A DNA stretch of 63,992 bases, filler included, from Craspedostauros australis (lineage: Eukaryota): the NCBI GenBank assembly GCA_030167865.1. It is 6 parts of 6 records of this genome, joined end to end, with 100 filler letters (N's around TTAATTAATTAA, not from the genome) between each part and the next. Parts side by side here need not be neighbours in the genome. Positions count along the whole stretch, not along the records: positions 24,476 to 36,296 come from JALAGF010003487.1; positions 36,397 to 45,926 come from JALAGF010003488.1; 4 more parts are not named here. One strand, 5' to 3'. The notes under the pieces were generated by a model that was not told the DNA's origin, searched no databases, and saw only the letters and a program-made list of their open reading frames with translations. Shown here piece after piece: positions 31,701 through 42,735 of this stretch. Both the position numbers and the translations under genes were made by a program. How positions within the stretch are numbered: the stretch's first letter is position 1; every line of letters begins with the position of its first letter.

Positions 31701-34700
31701 TTCACTGTGATGTTCCCTGCAGATGCTGCATCGATGGTCACATCAGCGTCGTTGTCGCCAAAGCAGCTGCGCAGATGCGCTTCAGTGTCCTGGACGTCTT
31801 CCTTCTCAACGAGCAACGAGAATTGCAGGGCGCTGCCGTGCTCGGTCTTGAGCTGCAGTGGACTTCCGAAGGCAGCGAGCTCGCCCTTCTTCATGATGGC
31901 AACTTCGTCCGCGAGCAAGTCGGCTTCTTCCATTGCGTGCGTTGTCAGGATGACGACCCTGTTTTCCTTGATTTCATCGATGTGGCGCCAGACAAAGCGA
32001 CGGTTCAGCGGGTCCATGCCCTGAAGCGTGCATGCAGCATAATTCGATGGATAAGAACGCGGGAGGTACATCAGAATTGATCGGAACAGGGAGCAGTTGT
32101 GGGAGGAATTGTGAGCAACGTTTGGTGGGAGAGTCGATTCAGCAAATGCGGGGATGGCATGTGCGAGCACATTGTTTGAATCGTCTGCAACATACATACG
32201 GAAAGCATACGTAGTGCACGTATCTGACTTACAGTTGTTGGTTCATCCAGGATGATCAATTGCCGTTCGCCGATGGTGGCCAACGCAACCGAAAGTCTGC
32301 GTTTCATGCCGCCGCTGAAAGCCGAACTTCGTTGCAGCTGCTCGGTTGCCAAGTTGACACTCTCTAGCCACCTCTGCACTGTGCGGCTCAGATCCTCGTC
32401 GGGCACGCCTCGCAGTCCAGCAAATAGTTCCAGATGCTCTCTTGCGGTGAGGTTGTCCCAGAGGTAGTCATCTTGTCGCACAATTGATCATGCAGTTGCC
32501 AGGATTGAGACGAACAGAAGGCAGGCGAGAAATAATTGATGACACATGTGAGTGATGGCTGCGGAATGGTGGAATCATCATGCTGGCATCCGAAGCAACA
32601 CTTCACAGCCCAGGGCGATGATATGCATTGGCTCGCTTACCTTGTTTGCAAAGGCCAACCATGCAGCGGACAGCATATGAATCGCTGTTGACGGACTTGC
32701 CAAAGACGTGGACGTTGCCAGAGGTGGACCCGATCTCGCAGCTGATCACATGCGACAGGGTGGTCTTTCCGGCTCCATTGTGTCCAAGCAACGCCGTCAC
32801 CTCCCCACGGTTCATGGTCATGGAAATGCCCTTCAGCGCTTCCGCCTGACCGTACACCTTGCGGACGTTGTCGATGGTGATGGCGTCTCGTCTCGAGCCT
32901 GGTGCTCTGTTGTCGCTGTCGGAGGAACTTGTTCCCAGCCAGTAGCCTGGCAGTAGGAAGAAGTAGAACTTTTCTGGTTTTCCATTCAAGCCAGGAAAAA
33001 CCAGTGCGACATACGCTGCGAGAAACAGGTAGAGAAGTGCGTCGATCACAAGATACCCCAACAGAGTTGCCGCCGATGGTGAATCTGCGATGGGTCCTGT
33101 GCCTTCGATGCTGGCGCAGTTGTCCATGTAGCTGCAAAGTCCCGCACCTTCTCGGTCCGGCAGCGGGCAGTTGGATGGTCTGATGCACCCAACATTGTCC
33201 ACGTAGGTGCATGGGAAGTACCGTTGGGTGCTGTGGGCGCGGACTGTCCTGCCTTGTTCAAACAGTTTGGATGTCTTTCCATTGCGCGGATCGGGAGGTG
33301 CCGGAAGCGCCTCAATGGAGAGGTCCTCAGGGGATTTCCCAAAGTGCTCCGCCTTGAAGCTGTTGCCAGGCATGGCAGTGAAGCCGATGAACGCACTCCA
33401 CATGCCATGAAAATGAAAGTAAGGCGTGAGGAAATGGAATCCCAGCGTGAATCGCTGCTTTGAGCTGACAGGATTCCAGGCGTCGGAGTGCCATGATGGG
33501 CTTACGTAGCACCCCACGAAGAATTCATCGTCCCTAATTTGCCTGCGCTCTTCCTCGAACTCGAATATACCGCCGCGCTCTTCTGAGACCAAGGGGTAGT
33601 TGCAACCCTGTCGATGATCCTTGGTATCCTTGTTGGCCCAAATGAATCCGCTGGGATACGCTACGTCGTACCTCGACTCGTTCGGACCATCCACGATGCT
33701 GCTGTCCGAACCCACAAAGATGGGCGTGATCCATACCGCAATGAGAATGACGAGGATCATCCACACCACGCCGCGTTTGATGTGACGCATGGCAGCGGCC
33801 AAGAAGAATGACGTGGGAACGAGCGCGAAGTGCAGGAAGAAGTAGGACGCGAAGATGCCACCTGCGTAGATGTTCTCGAACGCGTGTAGCGGCTGGAATA
33901 ATAGGAGAGCAGGTAGTTGAAGCAACACCAATGACAGTACGTCAGAACAGCCTGGATGCGGTGCGGTCGAGTGTGGGCAGTGTTATATCGACGTGCAGTC
34001 CAGCAGCGCTTGGCATTTCATACTGGTACGAGATGAGCGAGGATGAAAGGAAATTGGTGTGATCGCACGTGAAGCACCGGCAGCAACAAGAGCAGCAACG
34101 AACTTACCAGAGATTTGATTGTGATGGTGACCATCCCAGCGTTGATGCAGTTGATTGTCATGAATAGAACATACCAGGATGCCCAATACCTGCGATGATG
34201 GACCCAATGGCGCAGAATGACAAGCAATAACGTGGGAACGACCAAATAAGCAAGGCAAGTTTGAGGAGTTCTGATATGATGATGATGATGATGATGATGA
34301 AGATGATGGCGATACGTGTGCTCATGGCGGCACGTAGCGTATAGACATGCTGATGCAGGCATGCCAATACACCACCCGATCGTTCTGTCACACAATGTCG
34401 AGCACCAAGCAAGCAAGAAAGCAAGGCTGGATCGTTGTACTTACACACTATCCCGCAGTCCCAGCGCCCGGAGGACACCAATGAGCTGGTTCGAGAACTC
34501 CTCGTGCAACACCATGAAAACGCAGACCGCGTTGATCATCGGTCCCAACGACATGAGGGCGACGGCGATGCCGTCACGGAAACCATCATTTTGGCTGGTC
34601 TGGACATTGGTTTGATCATCGTAGGGTAGCTGCCTTACGAAGGCCGGGTCCGGGAGACCGCACGGAGTCAGCGGGCCGAAGATCGCGTCATCCTTTGGTC

Positions 34701-34974
34701 GGGCCAACAACCAACCACATATCGCAGCCGCGACGCTGCTCAGCATCATCACCGAGAGCATCACGGGACGGCGCACGATGAGCAAGACATTCTTGTGAAT
34801 TGTGAAGCTGAATTGTCGCATCCATGACACCGTCCTGAGCTCCAGTGGCGGCACTTGTCCTTCGCCGTCGGTGGATCCTTGGTCTCGCAAGACGTCACTG
34901 AGCGGTTCCTCGACGTCCCTCGGCATGTAGTCTTTGCCACCCGCTGCATCCATCGCTTCCTCTTGTAACGACAT
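28725..34974 (-). CDS. Full-size ABCA-subfamily transporter, six predicted exons (34974-34445, 34189-34108, 33892-32641, 32471-32233, 32020-29406, 29184-28725)
   Basis: Two NBDs: LLGHNGAGKTT / FSGGMKRRLSVA / ILDEPTT|GMDP / TTHAMEEAD and LGKNGAGKTT / LSGGMRRRLSIA / LDEPT|TGLDP / TTHMMVEAD. Two SSLE[E/D]VF motifs and two TM regions. GT-AG introns join all pieces in frame. Confidence 0.93.
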
Positions 34975-36296
34975 CGTACTCGTACACGTATCTTTCAGAG
35001 AAGATGGGATATTCGCATGTAGAATATAATGTTATGAATGATGTGTGCCGGAGCAAAGCAAGTTGGTTTGTTGGTGGGGTGTCAGCTTCACGCTCGGAGA
35101 GTCTCTTTCCAGATTGGAGGTCGGTTCACTCCTGGTTGTGCTGTGTTGGTTGTCTGGCTCTTCTGTCTTTGTGTGGATTGGTGGCAAGAGGGAGACATCA
35201 CAGGAGGTGGCTCCTTCTGTGACACAGTTTGTCGCATGTCAACATGAGTCGATGTTGGCCTTCCGCTCTCGATTGACTCGTGCGTGCGAAGGCGGTTCGC
35301 TTTCGTGCCAACGCAACAGGGCTCTGTGGCCCTGCCTCCGCCACCTGCAACGACGGGCTTCTTGACTTCAAGGAACAAACATTCGTCGTCGCAGGATGGC
35401 AGCGGGTCTGAATTGATGTGTTCGATCTTGTTTCTGTTGCCGCTACTCTCTGTGTTTCTTTGGCTCGTGCTGGTTGATGAAGTTGGCATGTCGAACTGTC
35501 GAGGCGTTGTTGGGACATGGAGCAGCGATGACATCGAGATGAGCACAGCATGTTGGGGATACAGTAGGCGGGAGTGTTCGTACCAAATGAAACCTCGCGT
35601 CCAGAACCGTAATATAGAATAGTATGTCTACGAATACGAGTATGTTCCACTCACGTCGAGAACCTCTTGTTCATGCAGGATGCGTAGTGAATTGAAAGAC
35701 GAATTGAAGGATGGACGTTGCTGAGCATCCAACCACAACCACAACCGCACTCTCCGCAAAGGCAGCGCGCGGAGTTGGTAAAGCGAAACACGTCTGTGAC
35801 CTTCAAATTCCGCCAACAACTCCATTGTTGCGGCAATCGGTCGTGTGAAAGCCATCTGTTCTTGCACAAGATGGTACCTACCACGTTCCCTCCAAGGAAT
35901 TCCACAAAGATCCCACGATCTAAGAGCCCATTCAGTCACAAACCAACGAGTCGCGGGGGGAGACATTTTTTGGCCAGTTGGTCCGTCCTTCCGAGGCTCT
36001 CGCAGTGCGCCGTGTTGTAGCAATGCTCCGTCGGTCCGACTTTTTGATGAGAACCGTCAATCTTCCGTCAATGCCGGTTCAACAAAAACGGGTTGCAGCA
36101 AGACGTCGTGTTGATGGTCCACACAGCATTTCCACCNAATTTGGGCCGTGTTTTGTTGTTCTTGTTCGGCGTGTCGCGGAGTTGTGTTTGTGCAAACAGG
36201 CATGCTCGTCTTGGTGAGAACCATCACCATCGCCCGTAGATTTCGTACCGGGTGTTTTTATCGCACATCCGAGCCGTCGCTGCCTGAGCCTTCGCG

Positions 36297-36396
36297 NNNN
36301 NNNNNNNNNNNNNNNNNNNNNNNNNNNNNNNNNNNNNNNNTTAATTAATTAANNNNNNNNNNNNNNNNNNNNNNNNNNNNNNNNNNNNNNNNNNNN
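36297..36396. other. Artificial contig spacer
   Basis: N44-TTAATTAATTAA-N44. Confidence 0.98.
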
Positions 36397-37310
36397 GTCT
36401 CTGCAATGTCCAGGATCCTTTGCGCCTCCTGCTCAGCGGCGAGGAACTCGGTCCGGGCCTTCGTGATCTCCTGCTTGCGTTGTGTCCGAGCAAGCTCGAT
36501 GTCTTCCTCCGCGGACTGCTTCTTCGAGATGGCGTCGTCGTACTCTGTTGGCAGCTCCACATTGCGAAGTTGTAGCGAGATGGCCTCGGCGAAAACGCCA
36601 AAGTCGTTCGGGTCTTGTGGATCGCCACCAAGCTTCGAGCGAAGATTCGCTTCCATCGTCGACTGGATCTCCCCGCGCTTGTTCTGGAAGTTGGAGATGA
36701 AGAATTCGGAGCATGAATGCTGGACCGAGCTCTGCCCTGCCGCTTCGACGATATTGGCCCACTTGCCAAAGTCGCGATACCGAATGACGGCGTCGTACAG
36801 GTTCTCTTGCTTGATGAGGTACTGGAATGTCAGGGAGAACTCAACTCGGAGACCATCTCTCGAGATGCAGGTTCCTTCCTGATCGGCGGTGACGAACGTC
36901 GAGGGGAACTTGATGAACTTGAATCCCGGAGGACCCGCATGCAACCCTCCCGACTGAGATGCGTCGTTCAAGACCTTTGAGTACTTGGCGTACTTCAGGC
37001 CGTACTCGGTGTTGTCGACCTTCTTGAATGAGGTGGCGAGTACGGCGATTAGCGTGATCACGAGCACGAGCACAAAAATGCAGCATGAGATGCGTCTGGC
37101 TCGGATCATCCCAGGAGTGAGTTCACGACGTTCGGTCTGGCGGGACCGACGTGAAGGGCTTGTACTTCGTTGGTGGTCCTTGCTTGAAGGATCTGCCGCA
37201 CCTGCCGCGTCCTCCACATCTCCCTCGTCCATCAATGGCGTGGCGGACTTGAACGAAGCATTGAAGCCGATGTCGCCATCGCTCTCTTCACCCTTGGAAG
37301 ATCGAGTCAT
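36397..37310 (-). CDS. SPFH/band-7 protein B, copy 3, 3'-truncated by the contig end
   Basis: Translation identical to the other copies up to LDIAE. Confidence 0.85.
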
Positions 37311-38055
37311 GTTGTAATTGCTGCGGCTTTGTTTGATGCAGTTGTAGTAGTTGTTGGTGTCGTTGGGTTTGTTGGATTTGGTGGAGTGTCGAGCACGAGT
37401 TGTGTTTGGCTCACTCTTTGATTTTATGACACAAGATGTGAAGTGCCCAACAGAGATGAGACGCAGTGTGGTCGCAGGCCTGTCGGTGTCGCACCGAGGG
37501 GCGCGAGGAGATCTTTTTGTTTGGCGCATCTGCAATTCAGGTTTCAGTCGTGACACCGTGTTTGCAAATCGGAATTTCGCGGAATTGGTGGCGTGTTTGT
37601 GCTCGTCTGGATGTCGCGGATGTCGCTTCAGACAAATGCACAATGAGATTTCGCGATGGACCTGTCGTCTTTGTGTCGTATCAATGACACGACATCACGT
37701 TTCGAGTCGTGACATCAACCAACGGGAATGAAACGCAGAACGCAACCACGAGCCACGAGCGCGAATGAAAAGATTCGACTCCAAACACGGCAGAACAAGC
37801 CAAACACGCAACCCAAACGAGTATCCAAACGAGCAACTAACAAGCACAAGAACACAGCCCCACAGATCATCAAGAGCAGCACAACCAGCAATCGAGAATA
37901 GATAGCAGCAGACATTGATCGGCATCTCATAAAAAGAACTTCAAAGCACTCGCACTTCCAACGTGCATATCACACACCACACATCACACACCACACATCA
38001 CACATCAAAGCACTCGCACTTCCAACGTACATATCATATCACAACAACAACAACC

Positions 38056-38997
38056 ATGGCAAAGGATGGTAGAAATTGCGGCATCTGCCTGCTGCTGACC
38101 GGACTGCTCCTCTTCGTCATCCTGTTGCCCCTCAGTTTCGGATACATCGACTACTACGAATTCGGTATCAGCAAGCGCAAGTCCACTGGCACCATATTCT
38201 ACGACAAGGTGTACACGCGCGGGCGCTACCATCTTGGCCCGGACAAGACCTTCATCACGTACCAAGCCGACGCGCATTCCGAGTCATTCGAGGAGCTTGC
38301 TGTATTTTCAGCGGGAGGCGGCAACGAGTCCATCGGCCTTGCCTTCGAGGTGGATGTCGACTTCACCTACTTCCTCATCGAGGACGAGATCATTGACCTG
38401 CACAGAGAGCTCGCGCGAGGATACAAGGATGTGGTTGTGTCACGTGCCAAGGATGCCATCAAGAACGCCGCAATCTCTGTCACCTTCAATGAGTACTTCC
38501 AAGAGCGCAGGTTGGTGGAACGCAAGTTCCGCGATGCGGTGCGAAATCGATGGAACGAAAAGCCGTCGTTGCATTGCACGTTGGATCAGTTCCATTTGGG
38601 ACGCATCCGCATCCCCGAGAATGTGGCACAGAAGCAATTGGAAGGCCGCATCCAGAACGAACGCAACGACATGGAGGAGTTCCTACAGCTGGCGGAGCTA
38701 GAACGCGAGGAGACCAGCGTACAGGTGAATAGGATCGAGCTGGAGAAGAGCGTCACGTTGAGGACGGCAAATGCCAATGCATCGCTCATCCGATCCAAGG
38801 CACAGTCGGAGGCGGAACGGATCAAGTCCGAGGCACAGATCAACGGGACCCGGCTGGTCTATTCTCGTGCTGGCATCACAACCCAAGACCACATGACCGC
38901 TTACACGTACATTCGGACATTGAAGAACCGGCCTGATCTGCGCCTGCATCTCAGCTATGCCTCGCCAGCTACAGTCGTCCGAACTCAGGGCTTGTAG
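38056..38997 (+). CDS. SPFH/band-7 protein A, copy 3
   Basis: Translation identical to 14949-15890. Confidence 0.82.
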   Translation: MAKDGRNCGICLLLTGLLLFVILLPLSFGYIDYYEFGISKRKSTGTIFYDKVYTRGRYHLGPDKTFITYQADAHSESFEELAVFSAGGGNESIGLAFEVDVDFTYFLIEDEIIDLHRELARGYKDVVVSRAKDAIKNAAISVTFNEYFQERRLVERKFRDAVRNRWNEKPSLHCTLDQFHLGRIRIPENVAQKQLEGRIQNERNDMEEFLQLAELEREETSVQVNRIELEKSVTLRTANANASLIRSKAQSEAERIKSEAQINGTRLVYSRAGITTQDHMTAYTYIRTLKNRPDLRLHLSYASPATVVRTQGL

Positions 38998-39349
38998 TTG
39001 CAATTGTAAACCATCACATCGTAAATGCACGCAATCAATGTTCAATATGATACCTATTATCTCTCTTTGTCGGTTTGTTGTTTAGGCATGTGGGCGATGC
39101 TGCGATTGTGTGTGGTTTCAATGGATTGCTGGACGCTGGCTGATGTTGCCTGGTGGTGGAGGTGGACGTGGTGGTGGTGTCAAGGATGGAAGGAAGATTC
39201 GAGAGAACACTTGGCGAACACCGAATCACGAACACTAATCATTGCCGCCACAACCGTTCATTTCAAGGAACACAGAGATTCAGGTTTGACGAATCCTCTT
39301 CCCCCACCAATGTGTCTCCACGACACGTGGACACACGATAGTAGCAATC

Positions 39350-39449
39350 ATGAGACTGATCTATCCAAGCCACCATGCTATTGCCAGAGCGACGGCGATT
39401 GCAGTGACATGCTTCATTTGCTTTTGCAACACAGCTGCGGCCACTCCCA

Positions 39450-39489
<40 letters not shown>

Positions 39490-40900
39490 GTCATGTCTGG
39501 CTTTCCATCCAGGTTCATTCCCCTCGGCGTTCAGCCATGATCGTTCTCTGACAACGACACGTCGGTCCGCAAGATCGCTTCAGGCGTCATCTCCGAGTCT
39601 CTGCAATTGGCATGAACTCAAATCGAGGCCAACCGCATTGGTAGCAACGATACTAAGATTGGGGTTGACGCCGGATAGTGATGACGCCAGAGTGTATAAA
39701 ACCAAGCCAGCAGAAATTCTCTCGGACAAGGTCGATACAAACCAGCAATGCACAGCCACAGGCATGTGCACATGCCCTGGAATCTTCGACGTCATCGCAA
39801 CGTCCAACATGACAGCGATAACAGAAAGCACCGAAGCGCAACGAGTGTTTCACGGTCGGGGTGGGATGTATCGCGGGTGCGAGCATCTGGCGTTGGATTG
39901 GTTCCACCCTGTCTGGGTTTTGACGAGTTTTTCCACGCTGGAGGAAGATTCCATCCAATCAATCCAGTCAGCCTTGAAGGACCATTGCCATCGCCATGGA
40001 TGCTGTTTGAACGAACATGCAGAGGTACCGTCGGTTGAAGTGGACAATACTGACGCAAACTATTCCAACGTGACATTGCCACCGATCACCGCAGACACGT
40101 TCAACTTCGTGTACCAATGCCGATCGACGGGTAGTTCAGCAGCATCCAATGCGTTGCGGGAAGGAGCCGTGCCGAGACGGCACACCGTGACAGAGAATGG
40201 TCTGAAATACGAAGTCCGGTTGTTGCAAGGTCAGAATCAAGGCATATTCCTCGACATGGCCAATGGCCGGAGATGGGTGCAGGACAACGCCAAAAATCAG
40301 ATCGTGCTCAATTTGTTTGCGTACACCTGCGCATTCTCGGTCGCCGCACTTGCGGGTGGTGCGTACCAGGTTGTGAATATGGACATGGCGAAGGGCGCGT
40401 TGAAGATCGGGCAGCGCAATCATGAGATGAATCACGACGCATTCTGCGAGGCGGCTGCCATTGATGACAATGGAGCGAACGACCAGTACCACTCCAGCCA
40501 GGTCAAGTTCTTTGCGCACGACATCTTCAAGTCATGGGGAAAGATCAAGAGGTTGGGTCCGTACGATCGCATCCTCGTGGACCCACCCAGCTTCCAAAAG
40601 GGTTCCTTCGTGGCAAAGAAGGATTACGGGAAGGTGATTCGGAGATTGCCATCGTTGCTATTGCCTTCCACGAACAGCAAGGCCATGCTGTGTCTGAATG
40701 CGCCGGAACTATTGGTCGCATTCTTGCAGGAATTGGTGCGGGAGGAGGCACCGGAACTTGAATTTGTGGGACAGATTGAAAATCCATTGTCATTTCTTTC
40801 GATTGATCCGGACAGAGCGCTGAAGGTGCTGTTGTACCAAATGAAAGCTGACTGTATTGACGATGAAGACTACGAACACAGCAGCAACAACTCCGAATGA
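39350..40900 (+). CDS. RlmI/RlmK-like class I SAM-dependent methyltransferase with organellar presequence
   Basis: Motifs RVFHGRGG, VTENGLKY, QNQGIFLDMANGRRWV, VLNLFAYTCAFSVAALAGGA..VVNMD and YDRILVDPPSFQKGSF...KDY. Signal-like N-terminus, poly-Ser from a (TCA)n tract, then CLAFHP. Confidence 0.88.
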
Positions 40901-40971
40901 GACGCCGGCAGCGACGACAGGTGATGCGGCTGTATGGATGGCGCTTCTACTAGTCTAAGAACAAATCCCAT

Positions 40972-42117
40972 TCATATTATGGAGGCTAGACTTAGACGAT
41001 CGTCCATCTTGTCAATAAGGATTTGTTGAATTTCGGAGGATGGAATGGCGAATGCCAGCGTGGCGCCCCTCGATCGATATGCTGTTGCTCCTGCGTCTGC
41101 TACTGGACCCGATTCCTCCATCTGTTCTTCCGATGATGCGAGCCAACGCATGGCTGCTTCTGCTGCAACAGCAGCAGCGACATTCACGGGAAAGCCGCGG
41201 CATCCTGCTCCAATGAGAGGCGCAGCGATGATCACATCTATCGATTGATCTGTCTCCAAAGTGGATGCTTCCGCATGCTGCAACGCCGAGTGCAATGAAC
41301 TTTCGTAGCATGACTGAAGCAGTGACCGGACAGAGTTGTCATTGTCGCCAATGCCTTCCCCAGGAGTGTCGAGGTCGTGTGGAGGTGCGGCGCTGCGCTG
41401 CCCGTAAAAGGGCGGCGCTGTGTGCACAATGGCATCGTAGTGCTGCGATAGATCGCTCCGCGGTTGCCCAGCAGAAGTAATGACCGAATGACCCTGCGGA
41501 CACTTGACGTCGCCACCCTCTACAGCGGCAGCACGAGGTTTCGTCGGCAGTTGCCGCACCTCGGATTGCAGCACATCGCCACCCATTTGATGCACCAATC
41601 CATCCACCACAACAGACGAAAACATCATGCCCTCTCCGGCCTCCATGCCACCCCACGAACTGACGTAGCCCATGATGTGATGCAGATCCTTGCTGGGCTG
41701 CCGCTCTGGGACGGGTCCACCGCGAGGGAAGTAGGGGAAGTTGGTCACTCCGCACAGCTGCGGATTGGCGGGGTTAATGAGATACAGCGGGTTGTTTGGC
41801 GATGCCGATGACGATAGCAATGACGATGAGGCCGTATCTTCGTACGCGATGTCACGATCTGCGGTATCGCCGTCCTCCGTTGTTACGCTTTCGGACTGCA
41901 AACCTCTCAGTTGACGACCAAAGTTGGACACAACGCACGTCGTGCTCCAGACCTGGACTCGCTTTCTCCATCTTGCGTGCTGTTCGCCCGTCGTCTTCGC
42001 AGCACCGTTGTTTTTGGCGTGGTTGGCAACACGCGAAGATGATGGTGGCAGAGTTGGTGATGACCATTGCTTCAGAAGCTTCGGTACCACATTCGATTTA
42101 TACCACGCAGTCGACAT
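40972..42117 (-). CDS. Macro-domain (Appr-1''-p / ADP-ribose-binding) protein
   Basis: Motifs LINPANPQL, VDGLVHQMGG, AIVHTAPPFY, LQSCYESSL and APLIGAGCRGFP. The start may be ATG 42117 or upstream at 42255. Confidence 0.8.
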   Translation of the reverse strand: MSTAWYKSNVVPKLLKQWSSPTLPPSSSRVANHAKNNGAAKTTGEQHARWRKRVQVWSTTCVVSNFGRQLRGLQSESVTTEDGDTADRDIAYEDTASSSLLSSSASPNNPLYLINPANPQLCGVTNFPYFPRGGPVPERQPSKDLHHIMGYVSSWGGMEAGEGMMFSSVVVDGLVHQMGGDVLQSEVRQLPTKPRAAAVEGGDVKCPQGHSVITSAGQPRSDLSQHYDAIVHTAPPFYGQRSAAPPHDLDTPGEGIGDNDNSVRSLLQSCYESSLHSALQHAEASTLETDQSIDVIIAAPLIGAGCRGFPVNVAAAVAAEAAMRWLASSEEQMEESGPVADAGATAYRSRGATLAFAIPSSEIQQILIDKMDDRLSLASII

Positions 42118-42735
42118 CGTTTGTATTATGCGATTGGCGATCGCTTGATGTGTTAGAATGGGATGAGATTGAATCTCGACAGTATCGCAACCTTTGGGTG
42201 TTACAAGTTTTGCAACTGTTGCAACTGTTGCGCATGATGTGAGCGCGAACAGCATTGCCTGCGATGCCAGTTCCCCGAAGATCGCGATGAATTGTGGTGC
42301 ACAGCTATGACACTGACGTCACAAAAGATCGGAGGAAGTTTACTCGTCCGCACGATCGGATGGGTCGAAGATACTTGTCGCGCAAAATCTGAACAGTTCC
42401 ACCCTCCCGATCGGCGTACCTACCTACTGCGGTTTGATTGGGAGGTGGTGCCATTGTACTCATAGTTTAGCAACGTTATAGAGGCCACTGACATGGCACT
42501 ATCGGCACATTCAGCAGGATCGCCGTCGCCTGGTGGGATCGTTGTGAGAACACGCAGTGCAAATGACGACACTTTTCATCGTGATGCTCGCCTCCATCGC
42601 GTCTGAGTCATTGCGAAGTTGCAGTTGACAAGACAGCAGTGACACTGAATTAACTTGATAGTCAATATTTTGTGTTGAGAGGACGTCTTCGTATATTTAG
42701 TATTGTATGATGCTTCACACTCTGCCCATCTCTCT

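Larger units (their letters stand above)
36397..39919 (-). repeat. 3,523-bp block, copy 3 (reverse orientation)
   Basis: Reverse complement of 14027-17549. The contig begins exactly at the base where copies 1 and 2 first differ. Confidence 0.95.

Noticed and set aside
35000..36296. Short ORFs upstream of the ABCA gene, and similar ones at 50100-51450 and 54360-55080
   Set aside because: No recognisable domains or coding-like composition, so treated as intergenic or UTR.
24476..39919. Large inverted repeat flanking the ABCA gene, resembling a composite transposon
   Set aside because: The two copies are on different contigs with arbitrary relative orientation. No transposase or target-site duplication was seen.
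42314..42321. Single TGACGTCA upstream of the macro-domain gene as a CO2 element
   Set aside because: It is an isolated site, compatible with background. It also shows that the motif alone is not diagnostic.
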